A stretch of DNA of 64,000 bases. Source: an uncultured Mycoplasmatota bacterium (GTDB lineage: Bacteria; Bacillota_I; Bacilli_A; RF39; UBA660). Below, piece by piece: positions 30,301 to 39,636 of the stretch. The stretch covers positions 1,721 through 65,720 of the forward strand of contig CAOKET010000001.1 in NCBI GenBank assembly GCA_948467605.1, written 5' to 3'. Under the pieces are notes generated by a model that ran no database searches, was not told where the DNA came from, and worked only from the letters and a program-made list of their open reading frames with translations. A program made the translations under genes and the position numbers. How positions within the stretch are numbered: the first letter of the stretch is position 1; each line of letters starts with the position of its first letter.

Positions 30301-31566
30301 CCAGTGCAAGCTAATACTAATGAACAGGCGATTCTTTATACTAAGAGTTTTGAAATAACTGATCCTAAAGAAGTACAATATATAAAAATAGTTGCCGATA
30401 GAACAAATGGAAATTGGTTTACAGCACGTGCTTTCAATATTTATCAAGATTTAACAAAAAACTTACGTCCAACTGCAGGTGTAGGCTATAGTGAAACTGA
30501 ACCAACAACTAAAAATGTAATAGCAAGACTAGTAAATCCAAGTACTAATATCACTATAACTAATAATGGTGGAAGTGATACATATGTATTTACTAAAAAT
30601 GGAGAATTTACTTTTGAGTTTATTGATGGCAATAATGTTAAAGGTACAACTACTGCTAAAGTAGATTGGATTGATAGAACTGCTCCAACTGCTACTATTC
30701 AATATAGTACTACGTCATTTACTAATCAAACTGTTGTTGCAACTTTGAAACCTAGTGAAGATGTAATTGTTACTAATAATGGTGAATATAGAATTGGTGA
30801 TGATGGAAGTGTTCTTGATAAAGATGGGAATATCATAAATGGATATACAGTAGATAAAGATGGTAATGTTAAGGATTCTAATGGTAATATGATTGCTAAT
30901 ATAAATACATTTACATATGAATTTTTATCAAATGGTGAGTTCACTTTCGAGTTTATGGATAGGGCAGGTAATAAGGGTAATGCAACCGCTAAGGTTACTT
31001 GGATAGATCATGATGTTCCAACTGCAGAATTAAAGTATGAAAGGGTTGGAAACAAAGTCATAGTTCGTGTTGTAAATCCTAGTGAAAATATTACTTTTCA
31101 AAATGGGAATGGAGTTTACGAATTTAGTAAAAATGGTACTTATGACATCTATTTCTTTGATAAGGTTGGAAATGTTGGTAAAGTAACTGCAATTATTAAT
31201 GGCTTGAAGGATAATACTAGTGATGGTAATCAAGATGTAAATACTAAACCAGATGATAGTAATAATATAAGTAATATTGGTGGAAACAATACTACTGTTA
31301 ATAATAGTGATTACAATTCTGGAAATGATATGTTTGATAAAGATGATGATACTTCATCTGTTGAACCTACTGATCCAGATAATCAAAAACCAAGCGAAAA
31401 TGATAAGCCAAATGATAATAATCAAAATATTGTTAATAAAGAAGATACAAAAGTAAATAATAATGATAATAAAAAAGGTATTTATATTGTTATCGCATCA
31501 ATTGTAACAACTCTTGTAATTGTCATTATTGGCGCTTTTGTTGCTCATAAGAAAAAAACTTTATAA
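27361..31566 (+). CDS. Large surface protein: NPCBM/NEW2, unknown core, F5/8-type C (CBM32), Ig-like repeats, C-terminal TM
   Basis: YLSDL...KGIGIHG...YLRIYVD...DH (NPCBM); AIDGNYNTRWHS (discoidin); repeated NGEFTFEF.D..GN..TAKV.WID; TM plus KKK tail. Confidence 0.85.
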   Translation: MKKVKDKFNKKGNLALIVVATLFLTFIVVLNINFIKEDIPMQSFNYSFSNTYLSYNKDDVRYLSDLNFIMDNNWSYNGWAGHSLQKDKNQEGTPLSLLIDGERRYFSKGIGIHGKGQATFDISALSTEFPRFIAKIGVDASRGSNGNIWIQILVSNNGTNWTSLLKTGNMTGTTNAVDVDVNVSGYKYLRIYVDPVGSNAADHGTIANARLVKANFDKNSVVYDKIKTYQYYDEILRTQDASYNYKNNYRQILEREFVKKIGYWNIQDLVEHTKGMYETIEWILSNNETIEQIIEVGEISNTLTFMNVLNDLYTKNKEILNTQNGYVYKKMMIGLAAAYSTDRIISPLSFSFQTPTYDYMERFELMKQLFDNNKLMRVKTNALSGEFVVNDWFKDYHVELMRMVMQDGTSNGDLIWLNGFTSEKQSVSFYMIGYVSPVYTQDKFYDEANKETYDQRFYLTKYGVPYGLTNGVKVPRYWMVFANGGICWNASRVGQSMYRVNGLPATGAYQVGHELYIQYYEDGNGNGYWTPRYGNWSGAGSTWGGGNPYRYIFNWNNKSFTDKHISGSKVASSTGYLYLGQANLNNYEQYKKSLYYNLLANSYTDNAKKLETYFKALEINDLNLDSYDYIISLYKKMSVKNDGGTITSNDWYNLANKIIDAYTYYPVAMFDLLKVIRPYLEGAERLDIDRLEKEALTKATQATTNETIQVDGVRTHARQLLGKAQPDPISFSFDGENAGKIVKNPNYSIAYGYSLDGGKTFSKQVMDDSITLTKEELERITAENDIIINFMGLSYTFRIDITKGVIPSTIYANDLENRVVGVNTTFEWRNSQSDSWKSYKDKSPDLTGDKTVQLRVGATGTKLPSDYVTYTFTQDNQPNTRKYVPVSHLSIHDVSTQATNNQGSAAFAIDGNYNTRWHSAWNGTDTQRFITIKLDKPRYVSAVEFVPAGGGNGRINDGTVWGSMDGVTWEKLSEMKNITYPVQANTNEQAILYTKSFEITDPKEVQYIKIVADRTNGNWFTARAFNIYQDLTKNLRPTAGVGYSETEPTTKNVIARLVNPSTNITITNNGGSDTYVFTKNGEFTFEFIDGNNVKGTTTAKVDWIDRTAPTATIQYSTTSFTNQTVVATLKPSEDVIVTNNGEYRIGDDGSVLDKDGNIINGYTVDKDGNVKDSNGNMIANINTFTYEFLSNGEFTFEFMDRAGNKGNATAKVTWIDHDVPTAELKYERVGNKVIVRVVNPSENITFQNGNGVYEFSKNGTYDIYFFDKVGNVGKVTAIINGLKDNTSDGNQDVNTKPDDSNNISNIGGNNTTVNNSDYNSGNDMFDKDDDTSSVEPTDPDNQKPSENDKPNDNNQNIVNKEDTKVNNNDNKKGIYIVIASIVTTLVIVIIGAFVAHKKKTL

Positions 31567-31582
31567 ATTAATAAAGTATACT

Positions 31583-31620
31583 AAAACCTCTATTCAACTT
31601 TATATTGAATTGGGGTTTTT
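31583..31620 (+). terminator. Intrinsic terminator
   Basis: AAAACCTC-TATTCAA...TTGAAT-TGGGGTTTTT. Confidence 0.7.
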
Positions 31621-31714
31621 ATAGTTTGTATATAATAAAACTTATAATTAATGTTATTTAGTACAATTTAATTTAGAAAATTTGTTATAATAGGATTATA
31701 GGGAGAGTGAAGTT

Positions 31715-31921
31715 ATGCCTGAAAAATGCAAATTAAAATATCTTAAAATTTGTAAAAATCAAGACTTAGTTTATGAAGTTATTGATGAATGGAATATTTT
31801 TCTATATCAAAATATTTCTGCTTCTAAAGAAGAAAAAATGAAAATGTTAGAGCAGATTAAAACTAAAGATTTTTTGTTATATCAATCTATGAAAGAGGAT
31901 ATTAATGATGAATTATACTGA
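31715..31921 (+). CDS. 68-aa hypothetical protein
   Basis: GGGAG RBS, TGtTATAAT at 31683-31691; overlaps start of next gene. Confidence 0.65.
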   Translation: MPEKCKLKYLKICKNQDLVYEVIDEWNIFLYQNISASKEEKMKMLEQIKTKDFLLYQSMKEDINDELY

Positions 31922-33101
31922 TCTTTTTTCTTCCTTTAGTGAGTACTTTATGGAATTAGATAAAATTTGTGAAGAAAAGAACTGGGATGATATAACTATA
32001 AAAACATTAAGAAAGTGGCTTAGTTCTGTTTTGTATTTTTACAATCCAAATGATAATATTTTAGAACATCTTGGTGTACATGAATATATAAATAATAGTT
32101 TAGAAAAATTAAAACAAGTAAAAGATATAAAAGTATTGAGATTAGATCAAGTAATTAGTAATCCTAATTGTTCTTTGTTTAAATATATTAAAAAAATACC
32201 TTTTGATAAAGATAGTTTTAAAATTAGATTATCAAAAAGGGGAGAATGTTTTATTTTAGATGAAAATGGCGATTATTATCTGTCAGTATATGGAGAGTGT
32301 CATCGTATGGATAAAACAATCGAATTATTGGATGAAGGGGGAGTAGAAAATCTATTTCATCATGAATTACAGCACATAGATCAATATTATATTTATCCTT
32401 CTGAATTTCCTTTTGCAAGCGATATGCTGAAAATGTTATGTGAGGGTGAAGCAGAATATCATCGTTATCTTATAAATAGGGTTTCAAATTTCTTACCTAT
32501 AGAGGAAAGTAGTATATATTATATTTATTATCTTGTATATACATTACTGATGCTTGTTATACCAAAGGAAATGCAAGAATGTTGGAATTCAACATACAGA
32601 TATAACACAGCCATCGTCTCTGACATTTTTAAGTACATATCTGATTCTGAAGTAAATAGAAAAAGATTTTCTCAATTATTTGCTTTGATAACTCTTATTG
32701 TAGCTTATTGCAATCCTCAAAATACAGAAGAAATAATTAATGCTTCAGTTGACACAAGTATGAATAGATACTTAGACTCATTAGAAACTTTGGATCAAAT
32801 TATTCAATCTGGAATAGAAAAGGGGAAGGGAGAGTACCAAAATAAAGGAGAATTGTCACGATATCAAATTTTAGGAGATAAATATTATAGAAAATACCAG
32901 TATTGTCAATTTGGGATAGAAATGAATAAAAAAATGAAACTATTATTAAGCCAGAGATTAACGTTTAAAGATCTTTTTAGACAATTATTAGAAAGTACTA
33001 TTTGTTTAATTAATCAAAATGAAACTGATTCTACGGAAAAATATTCTTTTATTGATAAAATAATAAAAAATAATTTATTAAATAATAAAAGAATATCCTA
33101 A
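31905..33101 (+). CDS. Orphan HEXXH zinc metalloprotease-like protein
   Basis: LFHHELQHIDQ...LCEGEAEY gluzincin signature; no signal peptide. Confidence 0.65.
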   Translation: MMNYTDLFSSFSEYFMELDKICEEKNWDDITIKTLRKWLSSVLYFYNPNDNILEHLGVHEYINNSLEKLKQVKDIKVLRLDQVISNPNCSLFKYIKKIPFDKDSFKIRLSKRGECFILDENGDYYLSVYGECHRMDKTIELLDEGGVENLFHHELQHIDQYYIYPSEFPFASDMLKMLCEGEAEYHRYLINRVSNFLPIEESSIYYIYYLVYTLLMLVIPKEMQECWNSTYRYNTAIVSDIFKYISDSEVNRKRFSQLFALITLIVAYCNPQNTEEIINASVDTSMNRYLDSLETLDQIIQSGIEKGKGEYQNKGELSRYQILGDKYYRKYQYCQFGIEMNKKMKLLLSQRLTFKDLFRQLLESTICLINQNETDSTEKYSFIDKIIKNNLLNNKRIS

Positions 33102-33233
33102 AATTACAAGAAATGAACTAGTTGGTATTTTAAATATTACATCAGATAGTGTTAAATATAATTTTAAAAATTAGTGGGTAATGATATTATCGAAAGAATT
33201 GGACCAGATAATGGTGATTATTGTAAAGTATTA
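33082..33233 (+). pseudogene. Relic of a C-terminal winged-HTH (Fic/AlbA-RecG-type) gene
   Basis: IIKEYPKITRNELVGILNITSDSVKYN, frameshift, KLVGNDIIERIGPDNGDYCKVL; in-frame stop upstream. Confidence 0.7.
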
Positions 33234-33295
33234 CTGTTTGTTTTAAATAATTATTTTATGTTTTATTATAGTTTTGAAGTAAATTTGTGGCCAAC

Positions 33296-33384
33296 ATTCG
33301 TGTCCAAGCAAAAAAGTCAGATTTTGAAGCACTAAAAATTAGTCAGGACACGGATTTTTGAATTTTGGAGGCTGACTGTAGTCA
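33296..33384 (+). other. GC-enriched structured element in uvrB leader
   Basis: ATTCGTGTCC (33296-33305) pairs with GGACACGGAT (33346-33355); AGTCAG x2, CTGACT and AGTCA allow alternative pairings. Confidence 0.5.
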
Positions 33385-33400
33385 TAACAAGGAGGGCAAA

Positions 33401-35359
33401 ATGTTTAAATTAGTATCAAAATATGAACCTGCAGGGGATCAACCCAAAGCAATAGAAGAGTTAGTAAATGGAATTGAAGAAGGCAAAAAACACCAGGTTT
33501 TACTTGGTGCAACTGGTACAGGAAAAACATTTACTATTGCAAATGTAATAGAAAAAACTAATAAGCCGACTCTAGTTCTTGCTCATAACAAGACTCTTGC
33601 TGGACAATTATATAGTGAATTTAAAGAGTTATTTCCTGAAAATAGAGTTGAATATTTCGTCTCATATTACGATTATTATCAGCCTGAAGCATATGTTCCA
33701 TCAACAGATACTTATATTGAAAAAGATTCTTCTATAAACGATGAAATTGATGAACTTAGACATAGTGCAACTGCTGCTTTACTTGATACCCGTGATGTAA
33801 TAGTAGTCGCATCTGTTTCATGTATATATGGTATAGGTGAAGTAGAAGAATATAAAAATAAAATGCTTAATTTATACGTTGGACAAGTTATCTCAAAAGA
33901 TGATATATTAAAAAAGTTAGTAGATATGTTATATGAAAGAAATGATATAGATTTTGTAAGAGGTACTTTTAGATCAAAGGGTGATGTAATTGAGATAATA
34001 CCTGCTTCTTATAGATCAAAGGGAATAAGAATAGAACTATTTGGGGATGAAATAGATAGAATAAGTGAGTTTGATACACTTACTGGTAAAATAGATGTTA
34101 ATAAAAAAACTATTGCTATATTTCCTGCTAGTTTATTTGTAACAAGTGATGAGAAAATAGAGAAGGCGATTTCTACTATAAGACAAGAACTTGCTGGTAG
34201 ATTAGAGTATTTTAAAGATAATAATAAATTAATTGAATACCAACGTTTAGAGCAACGTACTAATTATGACATGGAAATGCTTAAGGAAACTGGATTTTGT
34301 CATGGTATTGAAAACTATTCTAGACATTTAACTCTAAGAAATGAAGGTGAAACTCCATCTACTTTAATTGATTTTTTTCCAGATGATTTTTTACTTGTTG
34401 TTGATGAATCGCATGTAACTTTACCACAGGTAAGGGGTATGTATAATGGTGATAGGGCAAGAAAGCAAATGCTAGTAGATTATGGTTTTAGATTACCTAG
34501 TGCCCTAGATAATAGGCCCTTAAAATTTGATGAGTTTAATTCTAAATTAAATCAAGTTATATATATATCAGCAACGCCTGGAGATTATGAACTTGATTTA
34601 GTTGAACATAATTGTGTTGAACAGATAATTAGACCTACTGGACTTTTAGATCCTACTATTGAAGTAAGAAGTAATGAGAATCAAATAGATGATATTATTG
34701 AAGAAATAAGAAAAAGAATAGAGCTTAATGAGAGGGTAATGATTACTACTTTAACTATTCGTATGGCTGAGGAATTAACTACTTATTTAAAAGAACTTAA
34801 TATTAAAGTTGCCTATTTACATAGTGAGGTTAAAACTTTACAAAGAATGGCTATAATTAGAGATGTTAGATTAGGTAAATATGATGTTTTAGTAGGTATA
34901 AATCTTTTAAGAGAAGGGCTTGATATACCCGAGGTAAGTTTGATTGCAATATTAGATGCTGATAAGCAAGGATTCTTAAGAAGCACTAGAAGTTTAATAC
35001 AAACAATAGGAAGATGTGCTAGAAATGCTAAGGGACATGTTATAATGTATGCCTCTATTATTTCTGAGTCCATGGAAGCAGCCATTTCTGAAACGAAAAG
35101 ACGTAGGGATATACAAGAGGAATATAATAAGAAAAATGGAATAGTTCCGAAAACTATTATTAAGGAAATAAGAGATTTAATATCAAATGTTGATACTGAT
35201 GTTGATAATAGTAAATCTAATAAAAATATTAGTCATGAAAGTTTAGAACAACAAATAAATAGATTAGAGCGTGAAATGAAAGAAGCCGCTAAGAGTCTAG
35301 ATTTTGAACGCGCTATGGAAATAAGGGATTTATTATTTGAACTTAAATCAGGTGAGTAG
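33401..35359 (+). CDS. uvrB: Excinuclease ABC subunit B
   Basis: [39 protein letters not shown]; ATG after AAGGAGG. Confidence 0.98.
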   Translation: MFKLVSKYEPAGDQPKAIEELVNGIEEGKKHQVLLGATGTGKTFTIANVIEKTNKPTLVLAHNKTLAGQLYSEFKELFPENRVEYFVSYYDYYQPEAYVPSTDTYIEKDSSINDEIDELRHSATAALLDTRDVIVVASVSCIYGIGEVEEYKNKMLNLYVGQVISKDDILKKLVDMLYERNDIDFVRGTFRSKGDVIEIIPASYRSKGIRIELFGDEIDRISEFDTLTGKIDVNKKTIAIFPASLFVTSDEKIEKAISTIRQELAGRLEYFKDNNKLIEYQRLEQRTNYDMEMLKETGFCHGIENYSRHLTLRNEGETPSTLIDFFPDDFLLVVDESHVTLPQVRGMYNGDRARKQMLVDYGFRLPSALDNRPLKFDEFNSKLNQVIYISATPGDYELDLVEHNCVEQIIRPTGLLDPTIEVRSNENQIDDIIEEIRKRIELNERVMITTLTIRMAEELTTYLKELNIKVAYLHSEVKTLQRMAIIRDVRLGKYDVLVGINLLREGLDIPEVSLIAILDADKQGFLRSTRSLIQTIGRCARNAKGHVIMYASIISESMEAAISETKRRRDIQEEYNKKNGIVPKTIIKEIRDLISNVDTDVDNSKSNKNISHESLEQQINRLEREMKEAAKSLDFERAMEIRDLLFELKSGE

Positions 35360-35360
35360 T

Positions 35361-36185
35361 ATGAAGTTTAAAAAGATTTATATAGAAATTACTAATCGTT
35401 GTAATTTGAGTTGTAAGTTTTGTTCTAAATCTAATAGAATAAAAAAAGATATGAGTGTTTCTGAATTTGAAACAGTAATAAATAAAATTAAAGATTACAC
35501 TAATCATATATATTTGCATATAAAAGGAGAACCATTACTTCATCCTAGTTTAGAAGAACTATTAGATATATGTAGTAAAAATAGTATTTATGTAAATATT
35601 ACTACTAATGGTATAAATATAGATAAGTGTAAGAGTGCGCTTTTAAAAACGTGTGTTAGACAAGTTAATTTTTCTCTACATTCCTATGTATTTAATAATC
35701 CAGATAAATATATTTCATATATAAATGATTATGTTTTATCTGCTAGTAAATTAGGTAAATATTGTGTATATAGATTTTGGGCATTTAATGGTAATTATAC
35801 AGATAATGAAAGGTTTTTTATAACTAGTTTAAGTAAAGTATATAAAACTGATGTTTTAAAACTTCTTTCTAATTCTGAAAATATAAAATTATCTACTAAT
35901 GTTTACATAAATAAATCTCGTGAGTTTATATGGCCTGATATAAATAATAATTATTATAATGAATTTGGCAAGTGTTATGCGTTAAAGGATCATATAGGTA
36001 TATTGTGTGATGGTACAATTGTACCATGTTGTTTAGATGGTGAGGGTATTATTAGTTTAGGAAATATATATAATGATGATTTGGACTCTATTATTAATAG
36101 TAAAAGATTTAAAGATATGTTAGATAATTTTAAGAATAATAAGAAATGTGAAGATTTATGTAGACATTGTAATTTTATAGAGTAA
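35361..36185 (+). CDS. Radical SAM/SPASM protein
   Basis: EITNRCNLSCKFC, GEPLLHP, TTNG, C...DGTIVPCCLD...LGNI...CRHC. Confidence 0.92.
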   Translation: MKFKKIYIEITNRCNLSCKFCSKSNRIKKDMSVSEFETVINKIKDYTNHIYLHIKGEPLLHPSLEELLDICSKNSIYVNITTNGINIDKCKSALLKTCVRQVNFSLHSYVFNNPDKYISYINDYVLSASKLGKYCVYRFWAFNGNYTDNERFFITSLSKVYKTDVLKLLSNSENIKLSTNVYINKSREFIWPDINNNYYNEFGKCYALKDHIGILCDGTIVPCCLDGEGIISLGNIYNDDLDSIINSKRFKDMLDNFKNNKKCEDLCRHCNFIE

Positions 36186-36194
36186 AATTTATTA

Positions 36195-36223
36195 TTGCAA
36201 AAAGAACAAATGTTTGTTATTAT
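36195..36223 (+). promoter_or_regulatory. sigmaA promoter with LexA (Cheo) box in the spacer
   Basis: TTGCAA-N17-TATTAT containing aGAACAAATGTTTg (36203-36216). Confidence 0.7.
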
Positions 36224-36301
36224 ATTTATGATTTATATAAAATTATTTATGATATAATAGTTTAAAAATTTAAAAGAAAATCTATATATAGGGGCGATGT
36301 T

Positions 36302-36793
36302 ATGTATGTAAAAGGGTTTAAAACTTTTAATCATGATATGACAAATAGATATGGTGTAAAGTTTGAAATTGGTAAACTATATATATCTAGTGGTTTTGTA
36401 AGATTTAAATATAATGGGTTTCATTTATGCAATAATTTCGAAGATACATTAAGGTATTTTGATGCATTTAATGAGCAGGTTAATATTTGTAGTGTATTAG
36501 GTTATGGTGATATAGATGTATATAATGATGAATATTATGGCTATTATGATATGTATGCAGTTCAAAAGTTATATATAGATAGTATATTAAGTAGGGATAG
36601 TATATTAAAGATGGCTAAAGAATTACCTAATTATAGATTACAAAGATTTGTTTCATTGTATAAACTCACAGAAGAAGAGATTGACTTTTTGAAACCTTAT
36701 ACTGATGATGTAGGTAATGCAATTGAGTATTATCAGCATCAAAAAATTAATGTATACGAAGGAAGTGATAATAGTGGAAAAAATAATAGTTAA
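36302..36793 (+). CDS. Phage-type uncharacterised domain protein (DUF7666-like)
   Basis: KGFKTFNHDMTNRYGVKFEIGKLY...NGFHLCNNFEDTLRYF pattern. Confidence 0.6.
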   Translation: MYVKGFKTFNHDMTNRYGVKFEIGKLYISSGFVRFKYNGFHLCNNFEDTLRYFDAFNEQVNICSVLGYGDIDVYNDEYYGYYDMYAVQKLYIDSILSRDSILKMAKELPNYRLQRFVSLYKLTEEEIDFLKPYTDDVGNAIEYYQHQKINVYEGSDNSGKNNS

Positions 36794-39587
36794 GGGTGCA
36801 AGAGAGAATAATTTAAAGAATATAGATATAGAACTTCCTAAGAATAAACTTATTGTTATGACTGGGGTGTCAGGAAGTGGTAAAAGCTCACTTGCGTTTG
36901 ATACTATATATGCAGAAGGACAAAGAAGGTATGTTGAATCTTTGAGTGCATATGCTAGGCAATTTTTAGGTGGTACAGAAAAGCCAGATGTAGATAGTAT
37001 TGAGGGTCTTAGTCCTGCTATAAGTATAGATCAAAAAACAACTAATAAAAATCCCAGAAGTACAGTTGGTACAGTTACTGAAATATATGATTATTTAAGG
37101 CTATTATTTGCTAGGATTGGTGTTCCTCATTGTCCTAATCATCATATACCTATAAAGAGCCAAAGTATTGATGAGATGACTAATAAACTAATGGTTATGG
37201 ATGAAGGTACGAAGATAATTATAATGTCTCCTGTTGTTGATAGTGTAAAAGGTACTCATAAAGAATTGTTAGATGATTTAAGAAAAGATGGCTATGCTAG
37301 AGTAAGAGTAAATGGCGAAATAAGAGATTTAAATGAGACAATAGAACTATCTAAAACTACAAAAGATACTATTGAGGTAGTAATAGATAGATTAATAATA
37401 AGAGATGATATTAGAAGTCGTTTATTTGAATCACTAGAAACTGCAGTTAAATTATCACGTGGAAAAGTAATAATATCAGTAGTTGGTGGAGAAGAATTTT
37501 TGATGAGTGAAAATTATGCTTGTCCATATTGTAATTTTTCTATTAAAGATTTAGAGCCCAATTTATTTTCGTTTAATGCACCATTTGGAGCATGCCCAGA
37601 TTGTAAAGGATTAGGGTTTAAATTACACATAGATCAAGATTTACTAATTCCTGATAAAACTAAAAGTATTAGTAATGGTGCTATATTAACATTAAATAGT
37701 GATGATAAAGATAATATTATATATAAAGAATTAGATTTATGTGCTAAATACTATAATATTGATTTAGATAAACCGGTTAAAGATTTAACTAAAAAAGAAC
37801 TTAATATTATATTATTTGGTAGTCCAGATATAATTAATTTTAGTGGTTCTTCTAAAAGTGGTAATACATTTAATAGGAATAAAAAATATGAAGGTATTAT
37901 TACTAACTTAGAGAGAAGATATATGGAAACTACTAGTGCTTGGATAAGAGAATGGATAGAACAATATATGACTAGCAGTGTTTGTAATACATGTGGTGGT
38001 GCAAGACTTAAAGATGATGTTTTATCAGTTTTAGTTGATAATAAAAATATATATCAGATGACTACTATGAATATAGGAGATATGTATGATTATTTTTGCA
38101 ATATAAAATTGTCTAAACAAGATGCTGAAATATCAGAACTAATAATAAAGGAAATAAAATCTAGATTGTTATTTTTAAAGAATGTAGGGTTAGATTATTT
38201 AACTTTGAACAGATATGCTGCAACATTATCAGGAGGAGAAGCACAACGTATTAGATTGGCAACTCAAATTGGTTCTAGATTGACAGGAATATTATATGTA
38301 CTTGATGAACCAAGTATTGGTCTTCATCAAAGGGATAATGATAGATTGATTAAATCTTTGCTTGAGATGAGAGATTTAGGTAATACTTTAATTGTTGTAG
38401 AACATGATACAGATACAATGCTTGCTGCTGATTATTTAGTGGATATTGGACCTAAGGCAGGAGATAATGGTGGTTATGTAGTAGCATGTGGAACTCCTAA
38501 AGAAGTTATGGATAATCCAAATAGTTTAACAGGAAGATATCTAACAGGAAAGGAAAAAATAGATGTTCCTAAAACCAGAAGAAAAGGTAATGGAGAATTT
38601 ATTAAGATAAAGGGTGCTAAGGAAAACAATTTAAAAAATATAAATGTTAAATTTCCTTTAGGTAAATTTATATGTGTAACTGGAGTATCAGGAAGCGGTA
38701 AAAGTTCTTTAGTAAATGAGATTTTACATAAATCTTTAGTAGCACATCTTTACGTTACTAAAGAAAAGCCAGGTAAATGTAAATCAATCGAGGGATTAGA
38801 TTTAATAGATAAAGTAGTAGATATTTCACAAGCACCTATTGGAAGAACTCCTCGTAGTAATCCCGCAACCTATGTTGGAGTGTTTGATGATATAAGAGAG
38901 GTTTTTGCAACTACTAAAGAAGCAAAAATGAGGGGTTATGATAAAGGAAGATTTAGTTTTAATGTAAAAGGTGGTAGATGTGAGGCGTGTTGGGGAGATG
39001 GTGTTAAGAGAATAGAAATGCACTTTTTACCAGATGTTTATGTACCATGTGAAGTCTGTCATGGAACTAGGTATAACACAGAAACTCTTCAAATAAAGTA
39101 TAAGGGTAAAAATATATCTGAAGTACTTGATATGAGAGTGAATGAGGCATATGAGTTTTTTGAAAACTATCCTAAACTAAAAAATAAATTACAAACTATG
39201 ATTGATGTTGGTCTTGACTATATAAAATTAGGTCAAAGTGCTCCAACATTATCAGGTGGAGAAGCGGCTAGAGTAAAACTTGCCAAATCTTTACAAAAAA
39301 AGCCCACTGGTAAAAGTATATTCTTGCTTGATGAGCCAACAACTGGGTTGCATCAAGATGACATTAAAAAACTATTAGTAGTATTAAATAGAATAGTCGA
39401 TAATGGAGATACTGTAATAGTGATTGAACATAATTTAGATGTAATAAAAGTTGCAGATTATATAATTGATTTAGGACCAGAAGGTGGGGATAAAGGTGGA
39501 GAGTTAATATTTGCTGGTACACCTGAGGAATTAGTCAAAGAACCTAAATCATATACTGGACAGTTCTTGAAAAAATATTTAGATTAA
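36774..39587 (+). CDS. uvrA: Excinuclease ABC subunit A
   Basis: GARENNLKN, two GVSGSGKSS Walker A motifs, LSGGEAQR, zinc fingers; GTG start at 36774. Confidence 0.98.
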   Translation: MEKIIVKGARENNLKNIDIELPKNKLIVMTGVSGSGKSSLAFDTIYAEGQRRYVESLSAYARQFLGGTEKPDVDSIEGLSPAISIDQKTTNKNPRSTVGTVTEIYDYLRLLFARIGVPHCPNHHIPIKSQSIDEMTNKLMVMDEGTKIIIMSPVVDSVKGTHKELLDDLRKDGYARVRVNGEIRDLNETIELSKTTKDTIEVVIDRLIIRDDIRSRLFESLETAVKLSRGKVIISVVGGEEFLMSENYACPYCNFSIKDLEPNLFSFNAPFGACPDCKGLGFKLHIDQDLLIPDKTKSISNGAILTLNSDDKDNIIYKELDLCAKYYNIDLDKPVKDLTKKELNIILFGSPDIINFSGSSKSGNTFNRNKKYEGIITNLERRYMETTSAWIREWIEQYMTSSVCNTCGGARLKDDVLSVLVDNKNIYQMTTMNIGDMYDYFCNIKLSKQDAEISELIIKEIKSRLLFLKNVGLDYLTLNRYAATLSGGEAQRIRLATQIGSRLTGILYVLDEPSIGLHQRDNDRLIKSLLEMRDLGNTLIVVEHDTDTMLAADYLVDIGPKAGDNGGYVVACGTPKEVMDNPNSLTGRYLTGKEKIDVPKTRRKGNGEFIKIKGAKENNLKNINVKFPLGKFICVTGVSGSGKSSLVNEILHKSLVAHLYVTKEKPGKCKSIEGLDLIDKVVDISQAPIGRTPRSNPATYVGVFDDIREVFATTKEAKMRGYDKGRFSFNVKGGRCEACWGDGVKRIEMHFLPDVYVPCEVCHGTRYNTETLQIKYKGKNISEVLDMRVNEAYEFFENYPKLKNKLQTMIDVGLDYIKLGQSAPTLSGGEAARVKLAKSLQKKPTGKSIFLLDEPTTGLHQDDIKKLLVVLNRIVDNGDTVIVIEHNLDVIKVADYIIDLGPEGGDKGGELIFAGTPEELVKEPKSYTGQFLKKYLD

Positions 39588-39636
39588 TGTATTAAAAGGA
39601 ATATTCCTCTCATAATATTTTATGAGGAGTGATAAT

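Noticed and set aside
33115-33126. GAACTAGTTG as a LexA box for uvrB
   Set aside because: Wrong spacing (not GAAC-N4-GTTC), and it lies inside the wHTH relic
33365-33400. N-terminal extensions of UvrB (and likewise UvrA from 36717 and rSAM from 35337)
   Set aside because: Better RBS-linked starts at 33401, 36774 and 35361 match family N-termini
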